DNA of 64,000 nt, taken from the NCBI GenBank assembly GCA_038087875.1, contig CM075990.1, positions 2,482,001 to 2,546,000 on the forward strand. The letters are read 5' to 3'. The DNA comes from Malacoraja senta. Its lineage: Eukaryota. Shown in pieces: positions 21,378-34,788 of the stretch. The notes under the pieces were generated by a model, which worked only from the letters and a program-made list of their open reading frames with translations, searched no databases and was not told the origin of the DNA. The translations under genes and the position numbers were made by a program. Numbering within the stretch: position 1 is the stretch's first letter; every line of letters begins with the position of its first letter.

Positions 21378-22200
21378 TAGAATAAAGCACAGGAACAGGC
21401 CCTTTGGCCCTCAATGTCTGTACTGATCATGATGCCAGGATAAACTAATCTCCTCTGCCTGCACATGATCCATATCCCTCCGTTCCCTGCATATCCCTGT
21501 GTCTATCTAGATGCCTCTTAAACACCACTATCCTATCTGCCTCCTGGCAACGTAATCCAGGGACCCTCCTTCCTCTGTAAATAAAAAAACATGCCTCATA
21601 TCATTCAATTACCTTTCCCCCCCACCCCCCCTCTGATCTTAACGCTATGTCCTCTGGTCTTTGGCAAATCTGCCCTAGGAAAAAGGTTCTGATTGTCTAC
21701 CCTATCTTTGCCTCTCACAATTTTAGATACTTCTATCAGGTTTCCCATCAGTCTCTGAAGATCCAGAGAACATAATGCAATTTTGACCAATCTCTCCTGA
21801 TAACTAATACATTCTAATCCAGGCAGCGTTCTCGTAAACCTCAACTATACGTCAAAGTCTCCGCATCCTTCCTGTAATGAGGTGACCAGAACTTCACAAA
21901 ATTCATCAAATGCAGCTTAACCAACATCCCATAAAGTTGCAACATCACTTTGTGATTCTTATACTCAAAGCACAGACTGATGAAGGCAAGCATACCCATA
22001 GAGTACATCTTGTACACGTCTATGAGTACCATACAGTACATCTTGTACACGTCTATGAGTACCATACAGTACATCTTGTATACGTCTATGAGTACCATAC
22101 AGTACATCTTCTTTATCACTCTATCTACTTGTGTTGCCACTTTCAGGGATCGGTTGACTTTGACCCCCAAGATCCCTCTGTACATCAGTGCTGTTCAGTA
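21378..22200 (-). mobile_element. Old CR1 fragment
   Basis: ORFs 21605..21844(-) RFTRTLPGL..ISYQERL and 21841..22185(-) FWSPHYRKD. Confidence 0.8.
22002..22110. repeat. 33-bp tandem repeat, about 3.3 copies
   Basis: AGTACATCTTGTACACGTCTATGAGTACCATAC starts at 22002, 22035 and 22068, partial copy at 22101. Confidence 0.95.
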
Positions 22201-22624
22201 TCTTGCCATGGGGTCAAGGCCCTGTTTCCACCAATCTTTCCACCACCACGCACAAGAAGCACAAGAAGCACAAGACAGACACCATTGTATGCAGATGCCG
22301 TGCAGTGTGTTCAGCTCTGGCTAAACAACTTCTAACCTTGTGTGTGGACTCAATAAGTAGAGAGAGAGCTAATAGGACTTGATGTTTCAATCCCTGTAGC
22401 AAGTCGGTACTCTTGCTATTTGCAGTGGGATTGGAGAGGTAAAAGGTCGGGTAGGTACGTCATCGGGGTCATCAGGTGGGCACCCTCCTTCTTTGACGTT
22501 TGATTGATACTTCTCCAGAGGGCTCAACTGTGATACCTGGCATCCCAGTTACACCCCTGAAGTATCTTGCCATTAACTGTATACATTCCTCTTACATTCA
22601 CCCTCCCAAGAGCAACAAGTATGT

Positions 22625-22872
22625 CCCTCCCCACCCAAGTCGCATCAGGTTCCTGTTCTCACCGAGCAAACAGCTAACAATGGCCTGTTCCCTTCATCAT
22701 CGTAACTTTTTTGCATATCTTTCATTCATGTGTTCTATATCTCTCTACATCACTGACTTTATCTCTTGTTTCCCTTTCCCCTGACTAGTCTGAAGAAGGG
22801 TCTCGACCTGAATCGTCACCCATTCCTTCTCTCCAGAGATGCTGCCTGTCCCGCTGAGTTACTCCAGCATTT
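22625..22872 (+). mobile_element. PLE pLTR fragment
   Basis: GTCTGAAGAAGGGTCTCGACC..CGTCACCCATTCCTTCTCTCCAGAGATGCTGCC; remainder resumes near 23597. Confidence 0.75.
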
Positions 22873-23595
22873 CAAGTTCAAGTTCTAGTTCCATTTATTG
22901 TCACGTGCACCAATTGGTACAGTGAGATTTGAGTTACCATACAGCTGTACAAATAGAAAGAACACAACACACGATAGAATTTAACATGAACATCCCCACA
23001 CAGCGCAATCGACGTTTTCCACTGTGAGGGAAGGCAATAAAGTTCAGTCATCGTCCTCTTTGTTCACCCATGGTCGGGGCCTTTGAACCCTCCGCAGTCA
23101 ACGCTACGGACGGCCCGATGTAGCGGCCCTCTCGCTGGGATGATCGAAACTCCGACGTCGGAACGGATCGGAAAACACTCGCAGAGTCTGGGAATCGGCC
23201 GCTTCCTACCGGAGACAGCGGCTTCCAAAGTCCACAGGCAGAGCTCCAACACTGGCGACCCTCGGCAAGGGATCCCAGACCTCCGCGATGTTAAAGTCAG
23301 CGCCGCCCGTGGCTAGAACCTCCGCAAACCACAGCTCCACGGTGTTAAAGTCAGCAGGACCAACACTCTGGAGCTCAAACTCTGCTCCGCGATGATAATT
23401 CAGCGCTACTGAAGCTCTGGCCGGTCTCTGGTAAGAAAGGCCGTGCCAATCCAGTTAGGAAGGTAGGCCTCGAGGGGGCTAAGATGCGACTCGAAGAAAA
23501 GACGCATCTCCGTCCAGGTAAGTGACTGTGAAACGGTTTCCCCTTATTCCCCCCACCCCCCCCCCAACCCCCACATAAAAAAGACTAAGAAACCT
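22873..23595 (-). mobile_element. GC-rich non-autonomous retroelement with Rex-like (TTGAAC)n tail
   Basis: Tail TCAAGTTCAAG..TTTATTGTCAC on plus strand; G-tract module like that of 15199-16085; CACTGTGAGGGAAGGCAA shared with 46239. Confidence 0.55.
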
Positions 23596-24464
23596 TTTGC
23601 GTCCATCTTCGGTTTAGACCAGCATCTGCAGTTCCTTCCTACCAAAGAGTGTTTCGTTGTTTAAGAGAGTTTCATTGTACAAATGCCTATTGATGTGATT
23701 GCGTGTCAATTTCAATGGACACTGTGAGTCTGAAGAAGGGTTTTGGCCCAAAATGTTGCCTATTTCCTTCGCTCCATAGATGCTGCCTCACCCGCTGAGC
23801 TTCTCCAGCATTTTTGTCTACCGAAGAAATTGACAGATTGTGTTCTTACGAACAATGGTGTCAATTACTGTGGGGATGTTATGTGGAAACTGTTTTTCCC
23901 CCCGTAACAGTTTTGTTTTTGAAACAGCTTTTTTCCCTACTGATCAATTTTCAAAGTAAATTTTAATTGGTTCTCTATTTGCCAATCAAAATTGTATGAT
24001 AATCAATATTGGCACGCAATACAAATAGTGATTCCAATTTATCAATCACATTGTGGTATGGCTACAGGCATTATAGCAGAATATCTTGTTTATAGATAAC
24101 GGGCATTAATTAAAATGAGAAACAGTCTTGAATGAACAAATGTACAGAGTGTAGTTTCCATTGATGCTTTAAGGCCTACAAAATCAATCATTGGTGCTGG
24201 GATATTTTGATTAAGTACCATTGTAACTACGTCGGGGAAGACAATAGATGAATATTCTTGTGCAGGAAAGAACTGCAGATGCTGGTTTAAACTGATGATA
24301 GACACAAAAAGGAATGGGGGACGTTTCGTGTTGAGACCCTTCTTCAGTCTCGACCCGAAACGTCACCCATTCCTTCTTTCCAGAGATGCTGTCTGTCCCG
24401 CTGAGTTACTCCAGCTTTTCGTGTCTATCTTCAGATTAATATTCATGTTTAGATGAGAGAAACA

Positions 24465-24718
24465 GCATGGAAACAAGCCCACCGAGTCCGTGCCAACCAA
24501 TGAATAGTTCTATCCTACACACTAGGGACAATTTACAGAAGCCAATTAACCTACAAACCTGCATATCTTTGGATTGTGGGAGAAAACTGGTGCACCTGAG
24601 GGGAACCCACACGGTCATGGGGAGAACGTACAAACTCCGTACAGACAGCAGCCGTAGTCAGGATCAAACCTGCGTCTCTGGCGCTGTGAGGCAGCAACAT
24701 GGCGCCACCATGCTGTCC
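24465..24718 (-). mobile_element. HE1-like V-SINE
   Basis: Reverse-complement match to the SINE consensus. Confidence 0.8.
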
Positions 24719-24949
24719 CCATTGTTAATTGACCCTCATTGAAACCCTCATGATGACTTCCGGTGGCGCCATGTTGGACTAACAGACGTGCACCTAGCTC
24801 CGCTCCCGAAAAATTTCACGATTTATCGTGTAAAACGGGTCCATAAATCGGGACTGGATTTAAAAACCTTACCGGAGCTTCTGGTCGCCGGGCTGATGAC
24901 GTCATCAGTAAACGGTAAATGTTTTAAACGGTGGTTTAAAGCCTTTTAA

Positions 24950-26047
24950 ATGAGAAAACTGTCTCCAGCCAAGAGCCCTCAGAGATCAGTGAAAAAGCTG
25001 CTGAGAAACCAGAAGAAGTCTGAAGGAGAAGTTACCTCTGAAGTTTTTGAAGTGGCTGCAGAAATGGCTACAAGACCTAAGACAGAGTCTGGTAAGGACA
25101 AAGAGTTTGATGACTTGAAGAAATCTGTGAATGATATGAAAGATATGAAAGATGAGATTTTGAATGAAAATAAAACTCTGATGGAAAATATGCAAAATAT
25201 GATGGAAAAAATGGAAAAGATGATGAAGGATTCAAATGCTGGTAATGATGCTAGTAATCAGAAGGTGATTGATTCACTGGACATTATAAATAAACGAATT
25301 GATGAGGTGGAAGATGGACTATCGGAGAGAATGGACAAGATGGATGAGACTACTACGGCCAGGTTCACGGCTGTGCTTGAAACAGTAGCTGCAAGTATGC
25401 GCACAATTACGGAATTGGAGAAAAACACGGCTCGAGTGGTTGAAGACATGGTGAAAATGAGGCAAGAACATGAGCAAATGAAGCAAGAAAATGAACAAAC
25501 TTCACTACAGATGGTGATTCAACTGGGGAAAGTCTCAGACAAATGCCTGGACCTGGAAGCTCGCTCTAGACGCCAGAATTTGAGAATTCTTGGAGTCTCA
25601 GAGGGAGCCAAGGGGGAGGATGTTCGTGAGTTTGCCATGGGCTTACTTAAACAACTGCTTAATCTTTCCAAAGAACCGAAAATCGAAGTGGCTCATCGTG
25701 TTCCAAGATTTAAACAGATATCTGGTGCGGGAAAAATTCATCCACGTCATATTATTGTGAAATTTCGGGATATTTTAGAACTGGAAGATGTTATGAGCAA
25801 AATCAAATACGGAATGCAGCTGCGGGTGGATAATGATATTATTAAGATATTCAGGGACTACCCGTATGAAATTGTGCAAAAAAGAAACAAATTCGAGAAG
25901 GTTAAGGATATTTTAAGAGGGAAAGAAGGGATCAGATACGGGGTTTTTTATCCAGCTAAAATGCGTATCTCTTTCAAGGGTTCTGAAAAGTCATTTGCAA
26001 AGCCTGAAGATGCGTTCAAATATGCCCACAGTATCGTTGAAAAATAG
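24950..26047 (+). CDS. L1 ORF1p (coiled coil, RRM, CTD; 365 aa, uninterrupted)
   Basis: LEARSRRQNLRILGVSEG, IEVAHRV, PRHIIVKF, IFRDY and YPAK motifs. Confidence 0.9.
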   Translation: MRKLSPAKSPQRSVKKLLRNQKKSEGEVTSEVFEVAAEMATRPKTESGKDKEFDDLKKSVNDMKDMKDEILNENKTLMENMQNMMEKMEKMMKDSNAGNDASNQKVIDSLDIINKRIDEVEDGLSERMDKMDETTTARFTAVLETVAASMRTITELEKNTARVVEDMVKMRQEHEQMKQENEQTSLQMVIQLGKVSDKCLDLEARSRRQNLRILGVSEGAKGEDVREFAMGLLKQLLNLSKEPKIEVAHRVPRFKQISGAGKIHPRHIIVKFRDILELEDVMSKIKYGMQLRVDNDIIKIFRDYPYEIVQKRNKFEKVKDILRGKEGIRYGVFYPAKMRISFKGSEKSFAKPEDAFKYAHSIVEK

Positions 26048-26891
26048 AAATCAAATGGGGGTTTTGGCAGATCTGAACCATTCCAAGTAATGCTTTGTCT
26101 GGGGATGGCGGGACTGTTATCTATGGAATTTTGAATCAAGGACACTTTCTGTTCAAAATGAGTAAACAGCTGAACAGAAGGGAATGGTATATACCAGAAG
26201 CAGTTATCTGTTAATAGACTATAATATTAAAACCAATTGTAAGAACTTATCCTATTAATAACTTAATAAGTTATTCATGTTAGATTAGATTACTAACAAA
26301 AATAAAAAATAAAATAAAAATTAAAAAATAATGAACTAACATACTAATATGAATTTTTAATAAATTGAAACCTTATCTATAAGTGGGAGGGGATGAGAAA
26401 CGAGCACCTGGCTTAGGCCCAGGGGCACGTCTCGTTAACCCCTTCAACCAACAGTTGACTATTACTGAAGCCAAAAGTATCTGTTTAATAATTAGTAGCT
26501 AAAATTGCGATATATACATGATATGTTAGAATGAAATATATAGGGTAAAATTGTATTATATATCTGAATGTGAGGCCCCGTTTTAATATTTTAATATGCT
26601 ATGATTAAACAAGAGAGCGGAGCTATTTGTTTAACATCACAATGGAAGTCGAAACAAGGTTTATTCCCACCTACAGGTGGGCCACTTGCTACAGTGCCGA
26701 CTATATTAGACACTGTATTTTCACTTTTTTAGTTTTTTTTTAATTACCACATCAACTCACATGTTTGTGTTTTGTGTTTAGTGATAAGCGTAAAATGGAT
26801 ATACCAACAAAACTTAGAAATTCAAAAGTTCCCCCAATACCCAAAGACCTGGGATATGGATGCACCACAAGATTTAAAGGTACTATAATTA

Positions 26892-29800
26892 TTGAAAATG
26901 CAAGATGCTAAACAAAAGAACCTAGGAGGAATCTTATTCTGTAGTTGGAATATAAGAGGTATTAACGAACCTATTAAAAGGGGTAAGATACCAGCTCAGC
27001 TGAAACTGTACAACTCTGACATTATCTTCTTACAAGAAACTCATTTAAAATCTCAGGATCAAGCTAGGTTGAGGGCGAAATGGATAGGTCAAACATACCA
27101 TTCTTCATTTACTTCAAAATCTAGAGGTACGTCAATCATTATAAGAAAAGGTATACCATTTAAAGCAAAGAATATCAGAACAGACATCGAAGGGAGATAC
27201 TTAATAGTTAATGGAGAAATTCATGATACTCCAATTACCTTGGTAAATATATATGCGCCTAACTTTGACAACCCTCATTTTTAAAATAAAATGTTGAACA
27301 TAATTGCAGAGTCTAACTATCAAAATGTTATAATAGGAGGAGACTTTAACTGTGTTTTAGATCTGTATTTAGATAAATCAAGCCAAAAACAGAGAGGGAA
27401 TTTGAAATCTAAAACCGGTGAACTTCTCAATACTTATATAAACAATACTAATATAGCAGATGTTTGGAGCATTGTTAATCCAACTGGCAGGGAATACTCG
27501 TTTTATTCAATGGTACACAAAACATACTCACGTATAGATTACTTCCTGCTGGATACAAATTAATCCCTCATACTTTTAACCCAACATACCATACAAATTC
27601 GATTTCAGACCATTCTCCACTAACTTTCTTTTTAAAACTGGAAGGAATGTCTAAGAATAAATCGTTTTGGAGATTTAATTCTCAAATCCTAAAAGATCCA
27701 CAAGCGAGTATATATTTAAAAGAACAAATGGATGCCTTTTTTTCAAATAAATGACACTCCAGATATATCCTCTACTGTATTATGGGAATCTTTTAAAGCA
27801 TACATTAGGGGTATTATAATTTCATATCAAGCTTTTCAAAATAAAAAGAATAAGAGTGAACAAAGACAGTTAGAAGAACATTAGTCAAATGGATATAGTT
27901 AATGCTAAAGATCCATCAGTAGATAAACATAATAAAATAATAATTTTGAAATTTAAATTAAATAAATTATTATCAGCCAAATTTATAAGACTTTTTCAAA
28001 TTACAAAACAAGAGCATTTTGAATTTGGGGATAAACCGCATAAACTTTTGGCTCGCCAGTTAAAAAAACGAGAAAAAGAACATACTATCCCAAAGATTAA
28101 ATCAGATAAAGGAGAATTATTAACCACACCGAAGGATATTAATAAAAGATTTGCGCAATTTTACATCTAAAACGACAATTGATTCCAATAAAATCACAGT
28201 TTTTGGATAATTGTAATCTTCCAAAGTTAGAGCTGAAGGAACAAGAGGAATTGGGTGCACAAATCTCAATTAAGGAATTAGAAGATACAATAAACTCATT
28301 AAAGAATGGAAAAACACCAGGTCCGGATGGATTTACTAATGAATTTAATAAAAGCTTCTATGATAAAATTATACCAAGATTACAAAAAATGTACCAATAT
28401 GCTTTTAAAAAACAAATATTACCTGATACATTAGCGGAATCAACGATTACACTAATACTTAAGAAAGACAAAGATTTAGAAGAACCGGGTTCATATAGAG
28501 CGATAGCATTGTTAAACACAGTTCAAAAAATATTAGCGAAAACATTAGCTAGAAGATTAAGTAAATATATTAGTAAGTTAATAAACCCAGATCAGACGGG
28601 GTTTATCCCTAAGAGATACTCATCTAACAATATGAGACGTGTACTCAACATAATGCACTCACACAAATCTGAAGAACAAGAATTATTAATTATCTCGCTG
28701 GATGCTGAAAAAGCATTCAAGTAGAATGGAATTATATGGATAAAATGGAATTATATGGATAAAGTATTACAAAAATTCCAACTGGGAGAGAATTTTATTC
28801 TATGGATTAAATTATTATATAATAAACCTACAGCTAGAATATTAACTGATAACATATTATCCTTGAAATTTCAACTATCAAGGGGAAACAGACAAGGATG
28901 CTCATTATCACCACAGTTGTTTGCTCTTATTATTGAACCGCTAGCAGAAAAAATTAGAATACACCCTGATATCCATGGGTATAATACTAAAGATTCAAAT
29001 AATAAAATATCTTTATACGCGGATGACATATTACTGTACATTACAAAACCTCAAATCACTACACCAAATATATTAAATTTCATTGAAGACTTTGGATCTT
29101 TTTCTGGATACAGAATAAATTGGAATAAAAGTGAAATTATGTCAATAAAACCGAAAGATTCAACACATCTTTTAAAATTCCCTTTTAAAATAGCTACAGA
29201 AAAATTTAAATACTTGGGAATCGAAATTACTAGAACATATCAAGGTATGTTTAAAGCAAATTTTGATCTCCTACTTAATAAATTAAACACACTAATTAAA
29301 TTTTGGAAAACGCTCCCGATGTCTTTAATAGGCCGAATAAATGAAATAAAAATGATCTTTCTACCACAAATTTTATACCTATTTCAATCGATTCCTATAT
29401 ACTTACCAAAGAAGTTTATAAAAAAACTGGACTCAGATATCACTAATTTTATATGGGACTATAAATCACATAGAATACAAAAAACTCACTTGAATAAACC
29501 TAAAGTATTAGGGGGTTTAGCACTACCTAATTTCATGTATTATTATTGGTCAGTAAATATTAAAAATATGATTCAACTGATGGATAACTCTGCCCAGCAA
29601 GTGGACTGGATAGTAATGGAGAAAGAGGATTGCTCCTCTGGAAACATTGGAGCGATCCTCCTCTCACCAATGAAACTGAATAATATAAATTATAATAAGA
29701 ACCCAATTATACATAGCACAATCCGAATTTGGAAACAAATAAAACAAAATTTAAAATTAAGAAATGTATCACTTTTATCTCCCATAGTTAATAACCCTTC

Positions 29801-30680
29801 GTTTAATCCCTCTACTATAGATAAATCTTTCACACATTGGGATAGACTAGGAATTAAAATGTTCGGTGACTTATATGAAACTGGAAAATTACTTTCATTT
29901 CAACAATTACAAATAAAATATAAACTCGGAAATAATCAATATTTTAAATATTTTCAAATATGTGACTATTTGAAAAAATTTATAAAAGATCATTATAATA
30001 GCCCAGCAGATGTATTGGATGATGCAATGCAGATAAAAGCTGAATCAGCAAACTTAATATCATATTTGTATAATATTATCTTAAATGTAGAAATACCATC
30101 TACGGAGGGTATCAGAAGAGACTGGGAACAAGAGTTAGCTATTAAAATTTCAAAGGAAAGGTGGAATGAACACTTATTAAACGTGCATAAATGTTCGATT
30201 AATGTAAGTCACACTTTAATACAATTTAAAATTTTACATAGATTATATTATTCCAAAACTAAAATCCATAAAATGTTCCCAAATGTATCATCTATTTGTG
30301 ATAAATGTCAATCCCAAGAAGCTACTATAACGCACTCATTTGTTTTCTGTACAAAAATTCAAAAATTTTGGATTGAAATTTTCGAAATCTTTACAAAATT
30401 ATTTAAAATAAAACTGATACCCAAAGCAGAATGGATTATCTTCGGAATAACGGAAGATGGTCCAGAACTAAATGTGTTTCAAAAGAAACTAATAGACTAC
30501 GGGTTAATAACCGGAAAAAAGCTAATCCTAAAATTTTGGAAGAAAGCTCCAATACCAACTATAAACATGTGGATTTCAAATATGTTGGAAACATTACACC
30601 TAGAAGAGATAAGACTCCTCATGGCAGGTAAACCAGATCACTTCCGCCTGACGTGGTCTGTATTTATAGAATTATTATAA
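26892..30680 (+). pseudogene. L1 ORF2p (APE endonuclease, RT, CCHC), several stops and frameshifts
   Basis: SWNIRG, LQETH, IYAPN, GGDFN, SRIDY; PGPDG, DQTGF, LDAEKAF, QGCSLSP, YADD; CDKC..HSFVFC; 19-bp tandem duplication at 28725-28762. Confidence 0.95.
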
Positions 30681-31409
30681 AAATAGGGTGCAAAGGTACT
30701 TAAAAAAAAAAAACAGAGGTCAGGTAAGGGGGGATGAAAGTTGGAGAGTTGGTATGTCTTATTTGCGTAATGCTCATAAAACTATTTGTTTTTCTATTTT
30801 CCCTCTTTCTCTTTCTTCTTTTCTAGGGTTTATTTCTTAACTCTTTTTCTTTTGTTTTTAATTTTGTTCTTATAGGGTCTTCGTCCTTTTTTGTTGTCAC
30901 ATTTTCTACACTTTCACTTTTTCCTTCACTTTCTTCTTTCTCTCAATCTCATCCTTTCCCATTTCTAGTGTAAAAAACAAACGGAGTGCATTAATTGTAA
31001 GAAGATATAAGTGACGAGTACTAATGTATGTGGTTGTAATGTAATGTACTTCTAATAAATAAAAAATAAAACATAAAATTAAAAAAAAGAAACCCTCATG
31101 TTGAGACCAGGGCGATCTTTAAGTGACCATCTCCTGTGTTAACCCATTGACAAAGGCATATACCTGCCATTTTATGCACAGTTCAAGACATGTCTGTTTT
31201 ACCATGCACCATTCTGCTGTTTGTGTATCTAAGGAGCCATCCCTCAGCACTGCAACAAAAGAGGTCCATTGTGTATGTCTGGTGCTTTGTGTACAGAATC
31301 CCTTGGGTCAGCCACAGGTATTTGAAAAATTCAAAGGAGTTCTGCCATTTGGGATGTGTTGCCATTTTTAATGTAATTCTGCAGAAGTTGCCTGACTGCA
31401 TCCAGAATT

Positions 31410-31667
31410 AGTTTAGTTTAGCTTAGTTTCGAGATGAAGTGTGGAAACAGGGTCCACGCCGGCCAACAATCACCCATACACCCGTTCAATGTTATTCCAG
31501 TTTGGCATCCTACACACTAGGTGCAATTGTACAGAAGCCATCTAACCTTCAAACCAGTACGTCCTTGGAGTGTGGGAGGAAACCGGAGCACTCGAAGAAA
31601 ACCCATGTGGTCACAGGAAGAGCGTACAAACTCCGTACGGGCAGCACCCATGGTCGGGATTGAACCC
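31410..31667 (-). mobile_element. HE1-like V-SINE, followed by a PLE solo at 31678-31763
   Basis: Consensus match on the reverse strand. Confidence 0.75.
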
Positions 31668-31764
31668 GCACCTGCCCAAGGGTCTCGACCCAAAACGTCA
31701 CCCATTTCTTCTCTCCAGAGATTCTGCCTGTCCCGCGGAGTTACTCCCAGCATTTTGTGTCTAC

Positions 31765-32070
31765 GTCAGAACTTTATTTATCCCAGGAAGGAAATTGATC
31801 TGCCAACAGTCTTTAAACAGTCAAAATACATGAAACAGGAAATTAAAGTGACAAGTGGAAATTATTGGGGATGTGCAAAGATTTGGGAGGGTGGGGGGGG
31901 TGGGGGGGAGTCAGTCTCAGTCTACCCCACGACAGAAGGGGGAGGAGTTGTACAGTTTGATAGCCACAGAGAAGAAAGATCTCCTGTGGTGTTCTGCGCT
32001 GTATCTTGGAGGAACCAGTCAGTTGCTGAAGGTGCTCCTCAAGTCGACCAGTGTGTCATGGAGGGGCATG
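31765..32070 (-). mobile_element. Rex1/Babar-like 3' fragment
   Basis: Minus strand encodes RSTFSN..PPR....HRRSFF.VAIKLYNSS. Confidence 0.65.
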
Positions 32071-33042
32071 TATATATATATATACATATATGTAAATAAA
32101 ATTGTATTGCATTGCATCGTATCATATCGTATTGTATATGTTATATCAGTTATAAGTTTGTCCATTCCTCTCCTGATAGCTAATACTCTCCAAACATCCA
32201 GGCAAAACCATGATGAAGATAGATACAAAAAGCTGGAGTAACTTAGCGGGACAGGCAGCATCTCTGGAGAAAAGGAGTAGGTGATGTTTTGGGCTGAGTC
32301 CCTTCTTCGGACTGAGAGTCAGGGGATCTCTTTGCATCCTCTCCAAATCCTCCATGACTTCCTGTGCCGTGCTGACGGGAACAGCACTAACCAAAGTTTT
32401 CAGGAGCTGCACGTGATTTCCTGACTTTTGTACATAAAACCCTGATCAATGAAGGTTTCAGCGGAGAATTTATTCCCAGCAATCAACTTAATAACAAAAT
32501 CGAAACACTGCCGATGCCAGAAGCCTGAAATAGAAACAGAAAATGCTGGAAACACTCAGCAAGTCCGACTGCATCTGTGGGAAGAGAATGCAGTTAAATA
32601 AAGTTTCTTCGATCTGAAGTGTTTCTCTTTCATTGTGTGGCTTAGTGGTGCAGCATTACAACACCAGAGACCCGGGTTCGATCCTGACTACGGGTGCTGT
32701 CTGTATGAAGTTTGTACCTTCTCATGGGTTTTCCCCGGGTGCTCCGATTTCCTCCACACTCCAAAGTCGTACAAGTTTGTAAATTAATTGGCTTGGTAAA
32801 TTTTTCTCTCCACAGATGCTCCCTGGCCTACTGAGTGTTACTTTTTTCAAGGATGCTGCCTAACCTACTGAGTGTCATTCTTTCCACAGATGCTGCCTGA
32901 CCTTCTGAGTGTTCTCAGCAATTTCTGTTACTGCAGTTTGTGTATGGGCATTGATATCAGCAATTAGTGTCATAATAATTAGTTCGATAAATTTCAACCT
33001 GACAATAGGGTCAATGGCCACTTTTACATTTTAGACCAGATT

Positions 33043-33335
33043 TTAGAGATACTGCTCAAAACCGGGCCCTTTGGCCCACCGAGTCTACGTCGACCAGCGA
33101 TCACCCCGTACACTGGCACTGTCCTACACACTAGAAACAATTTACAATTTTACCGAAGCCAATTAACCTACAAACCTGCACGTCTTTGGAATGTGGGAGG
33201 AAACCGGAGCACCCGGAGAAAACCCACGCGGTCACAGGGAGAACGTACAAACTGCGTACAGGCTGCACCCATAGTCAGGATTGAACCCGGGTCTCGGGCG
33301 CTGTGAGGCAGGAACTCTACCACTGCACCACCCTG
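33043..33335 (-). mobile_element. HE1-like V-SINE
   Basis: Full-length consensus match. Confidence 0.85.
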
Positions 33336-33763
33336 CCTCCCACTTGTTCCTGCCACTTCTGGTGGAAGTCTCCTTTGGGGATGAATAGTTCATAACAATG
33401 TTCATAAAAAAGCCGGAAAGCGTCAGGTTTATAATTGCCAGTGTCCTTTGAACCATTGTGCAGCTGGATTTGTATCGCCGTTATTCCTCTGTGGGGCAAA
33501 GAAGATTAAATGGCATTATCGGCTGCAGAGATTCATCTGGCCTGACATCGCCTTAAACACTGAATTATCGCTTTGTCAAAGTAAAACAACTATCAGCTGC
33601 AGGAAACAATCAGCTGGAGTGGCCGACGACCTCTGTTCAGTGGTAGAACGATGGCTCCAGCTGATGGAGATGTTAGCCCACAGGCAACGCTGCCTCTTTG
33701 GGAGACACACACAACATTTATGAGTCAGATATCAGAACGCAACATACCCCCCTTCCCAGCCCT

Positions 33764-34055
33764 GAGCGGCACGGTGGCGCAGCGGTAGAGATGCTGCCTC
33801 GCAGCGCCAGAGACCCGGGTTCGATCCCGACTACGGGTGCTGTCTGTACGGAGTTTGTACGTTCTCCCCGTGACCTGCGTGGGTTTTCTCTGTGGTCTTT
33901 GGGTTCCTCCCACACTCCAAAGACGCATGGGTTTGAAGTTTAATTGGCTTGGTGTAAATGTAAATTGTCCCTAGTGTGTGTAGGGTAGGGGATCGCTGGT
34001 CAGTGCGGTCTCGGTGGGCCGAAGGGCCTGTTTCCGCGCTGTATCTCTAAACTAA
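33764..34055 (+). mobile_element. HE1-like V-SINE (well-preserved copy)
   Basis: GCGGCACGGTGGCGCAGCGG (A box), GGTTCGATCCC (B box), V-domain, tail GGGCCGAAGGGCCTGTTTCCGCGCTGTATCTCTAAACTAAA. Confidence 0.9.
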
Positions 34056-34504
34056 AAAACGAAGCCAAACTAACAGCTTTTCCATCAACCATGAGACTTC
34101 TGAACCACAGTGTACAACTCTAACCATAACCCTTCCTCAGCACCGGACATTATATATTTATATAATGGTATATGGACACACTGATCTGTTCTGTATTCAT
34201 GCCTACTATGTTCTGTTGTGCTGAAGCAAAGCAATAATTTGATTGTCCTATCAGGGACACATGACAATAAACTCACTTGAATCACTTGAATCTTGAATCT
34301 TGACTACTATGAGCTTGGTTGCACTGCATACTTGGGTTTTCACTATAATGGTCAGATTACCTAGTGTAACTGCGAAGTTATTGTATTATTGTTTAATGTA
34401 TTTCGTTATTTGCTGTGTTGTATTAATGTGCCAATGAAAGGTGCAGCAAGTTCGAATTTCATTGTTCTGCTCCTGGCACATGGGACAATCAAACACTCTT
34501 GCTG

Positions 34505-34735
34505 TGTAGGACGGAAGCGCAGATGCTGGTTAGTAAAGATGAGGGAGCAGGGGCCTGGAAAACGGAAGTCATTGAAGAGACGAAGGGTGTGTGAGGTGTT
34601 TTGGACATGCATCGGGAGGGATTGGACCGCGGGGGATAGGATGGAGTCGAGGTATGTGGAGATGAATTCAGTGGGACAGGAGCAGGCAGAAACTAGGATC
34701 TGCCAGGGCAGTTCTGTTTATGGATGTTGGGGAGA
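34505..34735 (-). mobile_element. PLE RT fragment
   Basis: Minus-strand translation PNIHKQNCPGR..VSACSCPTEFISTYLDSIL...HVQNTSHTLRLFNDFRFPGP. Confidence 0.7.
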
Positions 34736-34788
34736 AGGGGCTGTGGAACACTCTTGAAGACTTGACTCTTGAATGATTGAATGATTAA

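Larger units (their letters stand above)
24753..31088 (+). mobile_element. Full-length L1-clade LINE
   Basis: 12-bp TSD GAAACCCTCATG at 24741-24752 and 31089-31100; 5' GACTTCCGGTGGCGCCATG; ORF1, about 850-bp spacer, ORF2, T-rich 3' UTR, AATAAA and A-rich tail. Confidence 0.97.

Noticed and set aside
21841..22335. ORFs with an 11-aa repeat; superficial resemblance to a CRISPR array
   Set aside because: Head-to-tail 33-bp tandem duplication without spacers inside a dead CR1; eukaryotic context and no cas genes
16429..26047. DIRS gag and L1 ORF1 are both exactly 365 aa
   Set aside because: No sequence similarity; coincidence
33764..33835. tRNA gene (A and B boxes present)
   Set aside because: It is the tRNA-derived head of a SINE repeated more than 20 times here; no full cloverleaf
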